Of a DNA stretch of 64,000 bases, positions 55,180 through 63,658 are shown one piece after another. Below the pieces are notes generated by a model, which was given only the letters and a program-made list of their open reading frames with translations, searched no databases and was not told the DNA's origin. The position numbers were made by a program, and so were the translations under genes. Location of the stretch: the NCBI GenBank assembly GCA_036279355.1, contig DASUJH010000028.1, positions 133,353 through 197,352 on the forward strand, read 5' to 3'. This stretch comes from Gemmatimonadales bacterium (GTDB lineage: Bacteria > Gemmatimonadota > Gemmatimonadetes > Gemmatimonadales > GWC2-71-9). The stretch's first letter is position 1. Each line of letters begins with the position of its first letter.

Positions 55180-56471
55180 CGTGCGCCTGCGGGGGCCCCG
55201 CGATTCGCGGCGCTTGCCGCGACGGCCGCCGCAATCTCGTCGAGCACCGTCCCAGCGGACACGGGCCCCGGAAGCACCGCCGCCAGCGGCAGGGGGACGT
55301 CGTCCATGCGGTAGCCGGTGCCGCCTTCGTGGATCCCGGCGACGCCGGTGTCGATCGCCACTTCGGCGGCGAACGGCGCCTCGCTCGCCCGCGGGCCGAC
55401 GACGGCCGTCGGCACCCTTGCGAGCATGCGTGCCACGGCGTCCGGCAGGAGACCCGCCGCGCCGACCACAAGTGCGGCCGCAATGGCCCCGGCCAGCGTG
55501 CTCGCGGGTTCGTCGGCGCGATAGCGCGGGTAGCCGGCGTCGAAATCCACGGCGAACGGATATCCCGTCTGCCAGATGAGCGTGGCATCGGCGCCCGACC
55601 GATTACCCCCCGCCCTGAGGCTGCTGAGGGTGCAGCGGGTCGGCCCGTTCAGCGCCTGCGCCAGGCCGATAAGTCCCTCGGCCCGCTCCGGCGAATGTCC
55701 CGCGGCCTGCGGCTCTGCGTCGTGCACGATGGCGACGTAACGCATAGCGGCCAGGCGGCGGACCAGTTCCGCCGCCGCGGCGAGCCCGGCATCGAGGCCG
55801 CCGAGCGCGCGCCCGAGCAGGGCGGCGCGCATGACACCGAGCGCGGCGATCTCCTTGTCCGGCGCGAGCGTGAGGCGCGCCTCGGCGTCCGCCGGGCCGC
55901 GCGCGCTGCCCACATCTGCCGCGATCACGAGGCGTCCCGCGCGCCCGCCCGGCACCTGCGTGCCAACCGGGTCGAGTGCGTAGCGCGACAGATAGCGCGG
56001 ATAGCGTTCCGCCGGATCGACGGCCCAGAACAGCAGGCAGTCGGCGCGGTTCCGGATCTCGCCCAGCGTCGACGTCGCGCGCCCACGGCACTGCCCGGCG
56101 AGTATGCCCGCCGCCGCGGTGTCGCTGGTGACACTGTCGAGCCGCCCGCCCACGCGATCGGCCAGTGCGATGGCCCGGCGCTGCGCGGCGGTCGAGATGT
56201 CCGGCGCGAGATAGACGAGCACCGGACGGTCCGCGTGCAACAGCTCGGCGATGCGCGACACGGCGTCAGGGCGCGAAGCGGCGGCGCCGCGCAGGAGCAC
56301 GCGACCGGGCACCCGCCCATCACCGAACCAGCGGAGGCCGAGCGGGCAGGCGTTCCGCGCTTCAACGATGTGCTCGCTCCCATCGGCGGCGACCGAGACG
56401 TCGATGTCGTCGCAGGCGCAGCCGCATCCGAGGCAGGTGGCATGCGCCACTTCGCGCACAGGCGCCGTCAT
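55176..56471 (-). CDS. fhcB: formyltransferase/hydrolase complex subunit B (formylmethanofuran dehydrogenase subunit B homolog)
   Basis: ORF 55176..56789 trimmed to the ATG at 56471 (ATGA overlap with the upstream stop). N-terminal Cys cluster CLGCGCACDD. Confidence 0.85.
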   Translation of the reverse strand: MTAPVREVAHATCLGCGCACDDIDVSVAADGSEHIVEARNACPLGLRWFGDGRVPGRVLLRGAAASRPDAVSRIAELLHADRPVLVYLAPDISTAAQRRAIALADRVGGRLDSVTSDTAAAGILAGQCRGRATSTLGEIRNRADCLLFWAVDPAERYPRYLSRYALDPVGTQVPGGRAGRLVIAADVGSARGPADAEARLTLAPDKEIAALGVMRAALLGRALGGLDAGLAAAAELVRRLAAMRYVAIVHDAEPQAAGHSPERAEGLIGLAQALNGPTRCTLSSLRAGGNRSGADATLIWQTGYPFAVDFDAGYPRYRADEPASTLAGAIAAALVVGAAGLLPDAVARMLARVPTAVVGPRASEAPFAAEVAIDTGVAGIHEGGTGYRMDDVPLPLAAVLPGPVSAGTVLDEIAAAVAASAANRGAPAGAR

Positions 56472-57718
56472 GCGACGCTCCGCCGCATGCGCCCGCCGCG
56501 CCGCGTGTCGCCGCCTGCACGCATCTGGGCGGCGCGCACCGCAGCGGCCCGGCGCACGAGTCGGCCGCGACACGACTCCGCATCGGCGCCCTGCGCGAAC
56601 ACGGTACAGATCGGCTCGCCGGCGCCGATACGCTCGCCGGGATGCGGCACGTCGCGCACCGAGCCGTCGCGCAGCCACCGCCGCATGGGTCGGGCGACCA
56701 TCCCCTCCTCCGCGAACACGACTGCCTTGCCGAACGTGTGCGCGAGCGGACGCAGGTAGGGATTCGTCGCGGGCAGCGTTCCCGCGCATGCCGCCGCGTG
56801 CAGCGCGAAGAGCGAGACGCCATGCGCCCGCTCCACCAGCTCCATCGACGCGGCGTAGCGCGGGTTCACCTCGACCGGCCAGGGAATACCGCCGCGCGCC
56901 ACGAAATCGATCCCGTTCAATCCCACCACGCCAAACTCCTCGGCCACCGCCTGCGCGAGTGCCAGCGCGGCCCGCGCCAGCCGATCCTGTTCGTCGAACA
57001 GCGGCACCGGGCCGCCCGCGAGCAGACTACCGCAATAACGAAATCCAGCCACGCCGAACGCGCGATCCCCGATGAGCTGGATCGAGAGGCCGAGCGGCAC
57101 CGCGCGCCGCCCGTCGGCGACGAACGAGATGGAGCCGGGCTGGCCGTCGATCCAGGCCTGCAGGTACGCGGCGCGCGTGAGCGGCATTCCCGGCGCCCAC
57201 GTCGTGATCCCGTGGCCACCGCCGGAGCGGCGCGGTTTCCGGAGCCACATCAAGGACCCGGTTGTCGTGCGCACCGCCCCGGCGCGGACGGCCGAGGCGC
57301 GCACCGCCGGCACCTCGAAACCGCGGGCCCGGAGCGCGCGCGCGACGAGCAACGGATCGCGGACCCGCGCCAGCACGGCGGGCCCGTTTCCGAGCAGCGT
57401 GCGGCCGGCGGCGAGGCGCTCGAGGGCGGCAGGGTGATTCTCGATGTTCGACACGTACGCCGCCGCAGCTGCATCGAGCCGTTCGGCGGCCTCGGCTGCC
57501 GCGTCGGCGCTGTAGCGGAGCCCAAGATCACGGCGGAGTGCCACGGCGTGGGCGCACGTCGCGAGATCGACGTCGCCGTACGCGTCCACCGCCGCCACTC
57601 TGAGCCCCGCCATAGCAGCCGACTCCGCCAGCGCGCGCGCCGACACGCCCGCAATCACCACGTCAAAGGCCTGTGCGCCACTCACGGCGCCGGCCGCATC
57701 GCCCAGCGCCCGCCTCAT
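56468..57718 (-). CDS. ATP-grasp domain protein of the H4MPT/methanofuran cluster (MfnD-like candidate)
   Basis: 416 aa. The WLRKPRRSGGGHGI ... VGLNGIDFV ... EVNPR pattern fits an ATP-grasp fold. Functional assignment is tentative. Confidence 0.65.
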   Translation of the reverse strand: MRRALGDAAGAVSGAQAFDVVIAGVSARALAESAAMAGLRVAAVDAYGDVDLATCAHAVALRRDLGLRYSADAAAEAAERLDAAAAAYVSNIENHPAALERLAAGRTLLGNGPAVLARVRDPLLVARALRARGFEVPAVRASAVRAGAVRTTTGSLMWLRKPRRSGGGHGITTWAPGMPLTRAAYLQAWIDGQPGSISFVADGRRAVPLGLSIQLIGDRAFGVAGFRYCGSLLAGGPVPLFDEQDRLARAALALAQAVAEEFGVVGLNGIDFVARGGIPWPVEVNPRYAASMELVERAHGVSLFALHAAACAGTLPATNPYLRPLAHTFGKAVVFAEEGMVARPMRRWLRDGSVRDVPHPGERIGAGEPICTVFAQGADAESCRGRLVRRAAAVRAAQMRAGGDTRRGGRMRRSVA

Positions 57719-58770
57719 GCGCTGCCTGCGAGCCCGAGCCTCGAGCGGGCCTGCTCGGGCGAGATGACGAAGAGATGGTCGAGCACCGTGCCGTGAGCCT
57801 CCCGAATACCGAGCCGCTCCATCAATCGTGCGTGGCTCCCGCCGCCCAGCCCGTCGGCGAGGATTGCCGCGCCCTGCGCGCCCTGCTTGGCCCGCGCGGC
57901 GAAGCCCGCGAGCCGCCGCACCGGAAGGCGTGCCACGAGGCGATCGGCGAGTGCCGCACGAAGGGCCGGGTCCTCCGCCACGCGCCCGGAGAGCAGCACC
58001 TCGCGCGCCTCGGGCGCGGAGACGTTGAGCCGCGCGACGGCCTTTGCCGCGCCTTCGAGCAGCGCCTCAACTGCCGTGTCTCGCAGCAGCGGGTTTGCCT
58101 CAATCATGGTGCGCACTCCACCGCGGAAGAGCATCGCCTTGCTCACCTCTCCCGCCAGAAAGGCGACCTCACCGTCGAGCGCGCCGGCTGCCTGCCAGCC
58201 CAGCGGCCCGCTTGTGCCCCCGATGCCGTCCACGATTTGCCCGCGCTCCACTGCGACTGCGGCCGTGAACGCGCCGCCCAGCTCGAGCAGAATGAACGAT
58301 GCCGCGTCCGGCGCCGCGAGTTCGCGCTGCATCTGATCGGCGATCCCGAGCGCCGCCGCGCAGACCTTGTCCGCCGTGCCCAGATCCACCCGATTGAGCT
58401 TCCGGTGCGCCGGCACGGTGTCGAGGTGCACGACCCCCGGCAGAAAGACAAGCGGCAGGCGGAGCTCGGTGAGCCGCCGCACCAGCCGCCGCAGCCCGCC
58501 GATGCCGCCCGCCTCACCCGGCGGCGCGAGGAACGCGAGGCGCCACTCCGCGTCGCTCGCGTCGGCGGCCCGGACGAGCGGGAGACCGTATCCCGAGGGG
58601 CCGGCGATGAGATCGGGTTCGCCGGCGGTGCGCAGGTATGCGGCGAACGCATCCGGGTCTGCCAGCGCCTCGGCCGTGGGCCACGCACGGTCGAGCGTGA
58701 GCCGGCCATCGTCGAGGCCGCACACGTCGATTGAAACCGTGCCGGGGTCGATGCCGATGACCCGCGGCAT
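57715..58770 (-). CDS. DUF1464-like ASKHA-fold protein (H4MPT-cluster associated)
   Basis: N-terminal VIGIDPGTVSIDVCG phosphate-1 motif. 351 aa, ATGA-coupled downstream. Family call made from memory. Confidence 0.55.
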   Translation of the reverse strand: MPRVIGIDPGTVSIDVCGLDDGRLTLDRAWPTAEALADPDAFAAYLRTAGEPDLIAGPSGYGLPLVRAADASDAEWRLAFLAPPGEAGGIGGLRRLVRRLTELRLPLVFLPGVVHLDTVPAHRKLNRVDLGTADKVCAAALGIADQMQRELAAPDAASFILLELGGAFTAAVAVERGQIVDGIGGTSGPLGWQAAGALDGEVAFLAGEVSKAMLFRGGVRTMIEANPLLRDTAVEALLEGAAKAVARLNVSAPEAREVLLSGRVAEDPALRAALADRLVARLPVRRLAGFAARAKQGAQGAAILADGLGGGSHARLMERLGIREAHGTVLDHLFVISPEQARSRLGLAGSA

Positions 58771-58776
58771 CGGCGC

Positions 58777-59652
58777 TCAGTCCTCGTTCCGGGCCACCAG
58801 CTCGCGCGCCACCTTGAAAATCGCCTCGGCGTCGAGCACGAGATCGTTTCGCTCGAACAGCTTGACGATGCACGCCTTGTGGAGCTTGGTCTTGAAGTTG
58901 CCTATGCCGAAAGCGCCGAACACCTTCACCCCGTCGCGCTCGACGCCGGCATCTTCGAGCTCGACGCCCTCGATGCCGAGCGGCGGCACGGCGTTGAGGT
59001 CCACGGCGATCGTGAGGCCTTTCCGGTTGGCCCACGCCGCCCTCGGAACCATGAGCACCCCGGCCGGCCCCGAGTTGAGCAGGATGTCCGCGTCCTCGAG
59101 CACCTCGGCCGCGTGCGAGGCGTCGGACATGCCGACGATGTCGACGTGGACTTGAAATCGCTCCTGGATGGAGCGGCGCGCCTTCTCGCCCTGCTCGGGC
59201 CTGCGCGAGGTGATCGTGACGTCGGCGCCGTCCTTGGCAAGGAGGCCCGCCGCGCGCTGCCCCACGGGGCCGGTGCCGGCCAGGATGACGACGCGCTTGC
59301 CGCGCACATCGCCCACCGCCTGCTCGATGCGCACCACCGCCGCCACCGCGGTGGTGTTCGAGCCGTTGGAGTCGAGCATGACGGAGACCCGGTACGACTC
59401 GAACATCGCGTCGAGCGCCATCGCGAGCAGTTGTTCGCCCGCCGCCATGTTGCTGCCGCCGATCCAGATGGCCGTGTTCTTGAGGTCCCGCGGACCGCGC
59501 GTGAAGATGCAGCCGTGCACCAGGTCACGCACGTCGGTGTCGGTGACGCCGCCGTAGCTCAAGATCACGTCGGCTGCGGCGTCGTAGGCCACCACCTGAT
59601 CGAACACGCTCGGCAACCGGGAGCTGTCGAGCTGCAGCAAGAGCTTGCGCAT
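58777..59652 (-). CDS. mtdB: NAD(P)-dependent methylene-tetrahydromethanopterin dehydrogenase
   Basis: 291 aa. LLQLDSS...PSVFD ... Rossmann motif VVILAGTGPVGQRAA ... GIGNFKTKLH pattern of MtdA/MtdB. A versus B subtype is not resolved. Confidence 0.85.
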   Translation of the reverse strand: MRKLLLQLDSSRLPSVFDQVVAYDAAADVILSYGGVTDTDVRDLVHGCIFTRGPRDLKNTAIWIGGSNMAAGEQLLAMALDAMFESYRVSVMLDSNGSNTTAVAAVVRIEQAVGDVRGKRVVILAGTGPVGQRAAGLLAKDGADVTITSRRPEQGEKARRSIQERFQVHVDIVGMSDASHAAEVLEDADILLNSGPAGVLMVPRAAWANRKGLTIAVDLNAVPPLGIEGVELEDAGVERDGVKVFGAFGIGNFKTKLHKACIVKLFERNDLVLDAEAIFKVARELVARNED

Positions 59653-59722
59653 CGCGGGCGATCACTCCTCTCGGGTCGACGGGACACGCGCGGCGCACCC
59701 GGCGGCGGTGGCGTCGTAAGCA

Positions 59723-59754
59723 ACGAGGGGCGCCCGCGGCGGGCCGCCCCTCGT
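59723..59754 (-). terminator. GC-rich hairpin between fae and mtdB (attenuator/partial terminator)
   Basis: 10-bp stem ACGAGGGGCG / CGCCCCTCGT enclosing an inner CCCG/CGGG stem. On the sense (minus) strand it is followed by TTGCTT. Lies 31 nt after the fae stop. Confidence 0.45.
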
Positions 59755-59784
59755 CGAATCTCGAACCTGCGTAGCGGCGGACGA

Positions 59785-60297
59785 TCAGCCCTCGGCGCCG
59801 CTCGCGAACGGATGCCGCGCGCTCTTGTACTTGGAGAGCACCTCGTCCACCGACGGCTTGCCGGCGAGCGCGCGCTGGATCGACTCCTTCACCGCCTGAT
59901 AGTTGTAGTCGTAGATCTTCTTGTCGTCGTCGGCCTGCCAGTGGATGAACACGCCGACCAGGATGCAGTAGTCGTTGGCCTTGTCCTTCGGAATGACGCC
60001 CGAATCGACGCTGTCCATCACCGCCCGGGCGACCGCGGCCTGCGCCGGCCCGAACATCTGCACCGCCTGCTTGGCGCCCTTGATGGTGACCTTGTTGAAG
60101 AGCACCGTGTCGGGCTTGCAGGGGAGGTTCGGGGTCACCACGGCGAGCAGGGTGGTGAAGCCATCGGTGTTGCGCGAGAGGGCCTGGGTGAAGGCGGCGC
60201 CCAGGGGCCCCGACTTCGACCCGATCATCAGGTCGATGTGGGCGACTTCATTGCCCCCGCCGACGAGGGACTCGCCAATGAAGAAATCCGCGGCCAT
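59785..60297 (-). CDS. fae: formaldehyde-activating enzyme
   Basis: ORF 59785..60564 trimmed to the ATG at 60297 (GGAGG 5 nt upstream), 170 aa. [47 protein letters not shown] and HPFA motifs. Confidence 0.9.
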   Translation of the reverse strand: MAADFFIGESLVGGGNEVAHIDLMIGSKSGPLGAAFTQALSRNTDGFTTLLAVVTPNLPCKPDTVLFNKVTIKGAKQAVQMFGPAQAAVARAVMDSVDSGVIPKDKANDYCILVGVFIHWQADDDKKIYDYNYQAVKESIQRALAGKPSVDEVLSKYKSARHPFASGAEG

Positions 60298-60334
60298 GGG
60301 TGCCTCCATTTTCGGTTCGGTAAACATGGACAGA

Positions 60335-60340
60335 ATTTTA
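60335..60340 (-). promoter_or_regulatory. candidate -10 element (TAAAAT) for fae
   Basis: An AT-only hexamer conspicuous in GC-rich DNA, about 38 nt upstream of the fae ATG. No convincing -35. Confidence 0.3.
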
Positions 60341-60645
60341 CGGAGCATGATCGAATCCGCGCGCTGGAGTTCGGGTGCAGGAGCAGCGCGGCGGCCGGAC
60401 GGGGCCACGCAGTCCCGCCAAGGCGGGTAGCTCGGGCGTTGATTGATCCACGCGACGAAAGCGGCCCTAGTATGGGACTGGCTTGGAAGCCTGTCAAGTT
60501 TGCCGTCAGCACGTGACCGAGGCTGCGTACATGAAACTGGATTGTTCAATACGCGGTGCTCCAAGGCCCGTACAAACGCCGAAGTGGCAATCTCGCGGGG
60601 AATCTACCGGACTCCCGTGCCTCCATTCTCACGAGAGGGACCACC

Positions 60646-61653
60646 ATGACCGACGAGCTTCGACCCTTGGACCGGCAAACCTTTTGCGCTCAGCATCTTA
60701 TGACCACCACGCCTCCGATTTGGCACGATCGAAACAAGTTGGAGGTCTTCGCAATCGCCTGCCCACCAGGGAGCGTTCATGGCGGTCAGCTCGAGTACAC
60801 ACGTTGGCCCGATGTTGCGCTCCCGGCACAGGGAGCATGGGTGGGTATCAAGGACACCGTTGAACATCGAGAAGGCGTTTACGATTACGTGCCACTGGCC
60901 GAAGGCAGAAACGCGTGCGAATGGCACGTCAACTTCGCCGACCCAAACCTGTTCGTGGCCTATGGCTCCCCCCTTTTGGCACAAGACGAGCTTCAGGTGT
61001 TGGAGCACCCGGCACTCGGCGCGCTGAAAGAGGCGCTCGGCGCGGCGCGGACCCCGATGCTCACGACGGAACGGGGGCGGCCGACGCCGATTTTGGTGCT
61101 CGGTGCAGAACGCCGATGCAAGGTCGCCACGGATCGGAGCGTCGACGAGGGCCGGCCCGATGGTCTATACGGTCAGGCATTCGCGCGGGCCACACTGGAG
61201 ACCGTCCGCCGCGCGACGCGCCGCGTCGAGCCGCCGACAGTTACCAATCTCATCGCAATGACGGCTCCGAGCGGAGGGTATGGCCGATACAGCGCATCCG
61301 AAGTCGAAAATATCTTGGCCACCGCGTGGTCGGCATTTCGAGCGGCCTGCGTAGAGACGGCCCGACACGCGGGCACTGACTGCTCAGTTATCGTGCACAC
61401 CGGCTTCTGGGGATGCGGTGCTTTCGGTGGCAATCGGGAGTTAATGGCGATGGTTCAGGTGATCGCTGCTCGGATGGCGGGCGTGCGACAGCTCGTGTTT
61501 CATACCTTCGATCGCGGAGGCACGGCCGCGTTCAGCAAAGCTCTGTGCAATATCGAGCAGGAGTTCCCGACTGCCGAAGCGCTGCCCACCCGACGGCTCA
61601 TTGAAGGCATAGCGGGGCTGGGCCTCGTCTGGGGGGAGAGCGACGGAAACTGA
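60646..61653 (+). CDS. poly(ADP-ribose) glycohydrolase (canonical/eukaryote-type PARG fold) homolog with degenerate signature
   Basis: ORF 60556..61653 trimmed to the ATG at 60646 (AGAGGGA RBS). [39 protein letters not shown] parallels human PARG [39 protein letters not shown] (recalled from memory). Upstream, [20 protein letters not shown] aligns at identical spacing to DFAN..GGGx7QEE. Confidence 0.7.
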   Translation: [335 protein letters not shown]

Positions 61654-61675
61654 CCTTCGCTCGGGCGGCCTGCCG

Positions 61676-62137
61676 TCAAAGTCCTGACAGATTCGCCTCG
61701 GTCGCGCCGTCGGACAGCCGCGGGAAGTGTCCCGTCCGAACAGCGGACGCTGGGCTTGGTACTACGGTGCACAGATCGATCCGGTCGATTTCGCCTTTTG
61801 CCACCTCCAGGAGAACGAGAGCGACCGGTTCGTTGGTCCGACCCTGGTGCAACAACACGCATGGACGGCCCGGCCACGCCGACACCAGACGAATGCGCGC
61901 CCCCCGCTGGTCGCCGCACAGTCCAAGCTCCGCACGCACGGCGGCCTCAGGGGTCGCTCGGATGGTCGCCATCTTGCCGCGCAGGTATTCGGCGATTGCC
62001 TCGCGGCCCCGCAATGGCATCATAACGTTCTGTGATTCGTAGACCGCCTGCGCGCTGAGATGCGATATCACACGGTCCGCATCAAGCTCGTTCCACGCAA
62101 GTGCGTACTCACGGATCAATTGCTCTTCGGTCGGCAC
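61676..62137 (-). CDS. NTF2-like/SnoaL-like small protein
   Basis: ORF 61676..62188; probable GTG start at 62137 or 62155. EEQLIREYALAWNELDADRVISHLSAQAVYES is a typical SnoaL/NTF2 N-terminus. Confidence 0.55.
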   Translation of the reverse strand: MPTEEQLIREYALAWNELDADRVISHLSAQAVYESQNVMMPLRGREAIAEYLRGKMATIRATPEAAVRAELGLCGDQRGARIRLVSAWPGRPCVLLHQGRTNEPVALVLLEVAKGEIDRIDLCTVVPSPASAVRTGHFPRLSDGATEANLSGL

Positions 62138-62737
62138 AGTTCGCCCTCGTGGCACAGGTATGGCCAACGTGGAACGCATCGCGCGCACGCGTATTTGGAT
62201 TCAGCGGAGCCCGAACGGCACCACGTTTCGAACTGCATGTCACAGAACTGCGGCTGCTCGGGCCGCTTCGCGTAGCGCGGGCCAACGAAAACGACCGCGG
62301 CACTCAACGCCGAGTTCCTGGGAGGCGGCTCGGACATAATAGCGGTAAGTCGCGCGTAGCAGCTCATCCCGATTTGGGGCGCTGTCAGCGACATCGCGCA
62401 GCCCCTTCTCCCAAGTTTCGTCCTCCCGCTGGAAAACATCGTACAAAGCCTGCTATCATCCGGGGGCAACTCGACGTCCTTCAACTCATCTAGCACGCGT
62501 GCCCAACTCCAACAGAGCGAGCCGCTCGCCGGGCGATGTCGCGAAGACGCGGGCCGCACGTGTTTCGCGGACCGCGAACGCGAGAAAGACGGCCGCGCTA
62601 TCAGGGCTGCAAAGTTCGGGTACAGTGACGTGTGGTTCCGGGGGAGGCCCGTTGGCCTGCGCTCGCACTGGGGTCGAGATGAGCAGGAGCGCAGCTGCGC
62701 AAGTCATGACGTGCTGAAGGCGAATGCGCCATTGCAT
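62116..62737 (-). pseudogene. possible decayed gene: three abutting minus-strand ORF fragments in different frames, the first with a signal peptide
   Basis: Fragments 62486..62737 (MTCAAALLLISTPVRAQA signal), 62240..62446 and 62116..62559 tile the region without gaps but in three frames. No family recognised. Confidence 0.3.
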
Positions 62738-63186
62738 TGGGCTTACCCTCTCATTTCAGGTGTTCACCTTTCCCGCGTGCGCACTTTCCCTGCCCTCAAG
62801 TGCTCGATGAATCCCTTCGATGCGCTCGTTCAACGCGACAGGAAGCCTTTCCCAGCGAGGCGAGCTCGAGCGGGCGTTTGCGGCGGAAGCGGAACTGTCG
62901 GTTATATAAGCGGACCACAAATTGTGCGCGAGGATCCGTAAGGTCCTATCTCCGCGATAACTCTACAGCGCAATGAAATGCTCCGATCCTCGCGACAAGT
63001 GCCGCGCCTCGATGCCTGCAGCCATGATTTGACGAAGCGCGTCGCCGCACCCCCGCGCTCGCGCTACTCGTCAGCGAGGTCGTAGCCGCATTGAACAACT
63101 GCGTAGCTCGTGAACATCGCGGCCATCCAGTCGGGCAAGTGTGGAACGCGCAGTCCCACCGCTTCCTACCTCCAGGCTAAGTCGAT

Positions 63187-63215
63187 TTGACCGTCGTTTA
63201 GCTTCGGTGTATATT
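63187..63215 (+). promoter_or_regulatory. near-consensus sigma-70 promoter
   Basis: TTGACC (63187-63192), an exact 17-nt spacer, then TATATT (63210-63215), about 37 nt upstream of the ATG at 63252. Confidence 0.5.
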
Positions 63216-63251
63216 CGGTTTTCGATATACCCACAGCTCAGGACCAGTCCG

Positions 63252-63560
63252 ATGACCGCACGGAAGCTCCAGCCGAGGGAGCGCTGGCTCCGTTATCTCA
63301 ACCGGCTGAGCGCCGGTGGACGGAGCAACATGTACGGAGCCGTTCCCTATCTCGCCGCGGCATTTGGCCTCGACCGGCAAACGGCCTTTCAACTCGTCTG
63401 CGAGTGGGTGGACGCCCACCAGCCGGCGGCGGATTCGACGCCCACGCCTCCGAAGTCGCGCGGCGTCGACGCTCCGGCCACCGCAACGGTCGCGGCCAGC
63501 CGGCCTGCCAGGAAGGCTGGCGTCAAGCGCAAACGCCCGCGCGTCCGGCGCGCCGCCTGA
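63252..63560 (+). CDS. small hypothetical protein with strongly basic C-terminal tail
   Basis: ORF 63141..63560 trimmed to the ATG at 63252 downstream of the promoter. MTARKLQPRERWLRYLNRLSAGG... ends in KAGVKRKRPRVRRAA. Confidence 0.45.
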   Translation: MTARKLQPRERWLRYLNRLSAGGRSNMYGAVPYLAAAFGLDRQTAFQLVCEWVDAHQPAADSTPTPPKSRGVDAPATATVAASRPARKAGVKRKRPRVRRAA

Positions 63561-63658
63561 CCTCCCGGCCCGAAGCCGCCGCTTAACCGGAGCCGCCTCC
63601 CGGCGTCCCTCTCCGCGGATGGCCCCTCGGGTCGTCCGACTCTCACATCGAGGCCGTT

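Noticed and set aside
55176-56471. Possible selenocysteine or molybdopterin-active FwdB-type subunit
   Set aside because: There is no in-frame TGA and the frame is continuous. The N-terminal Cys cluster is present, but I cannot judge cofactor binding by eye. It is annotated simply as the FhcB homolog.
62738-63140. Short minus-strand reading frames, for example a 54-codon TTG-initiated frame ending ...LPVALNERIEGIHRALEGRESAHAGKVNT, and a fragment ...VPHLPDWMAAMFTSYAVVQCGYDLADE
   Set aside because: There is no ATG or RBS, they fall below any sensible length threshold, and no family was recognised. They are probably debris in the lower-GC patch and are mentioned only under that finding.
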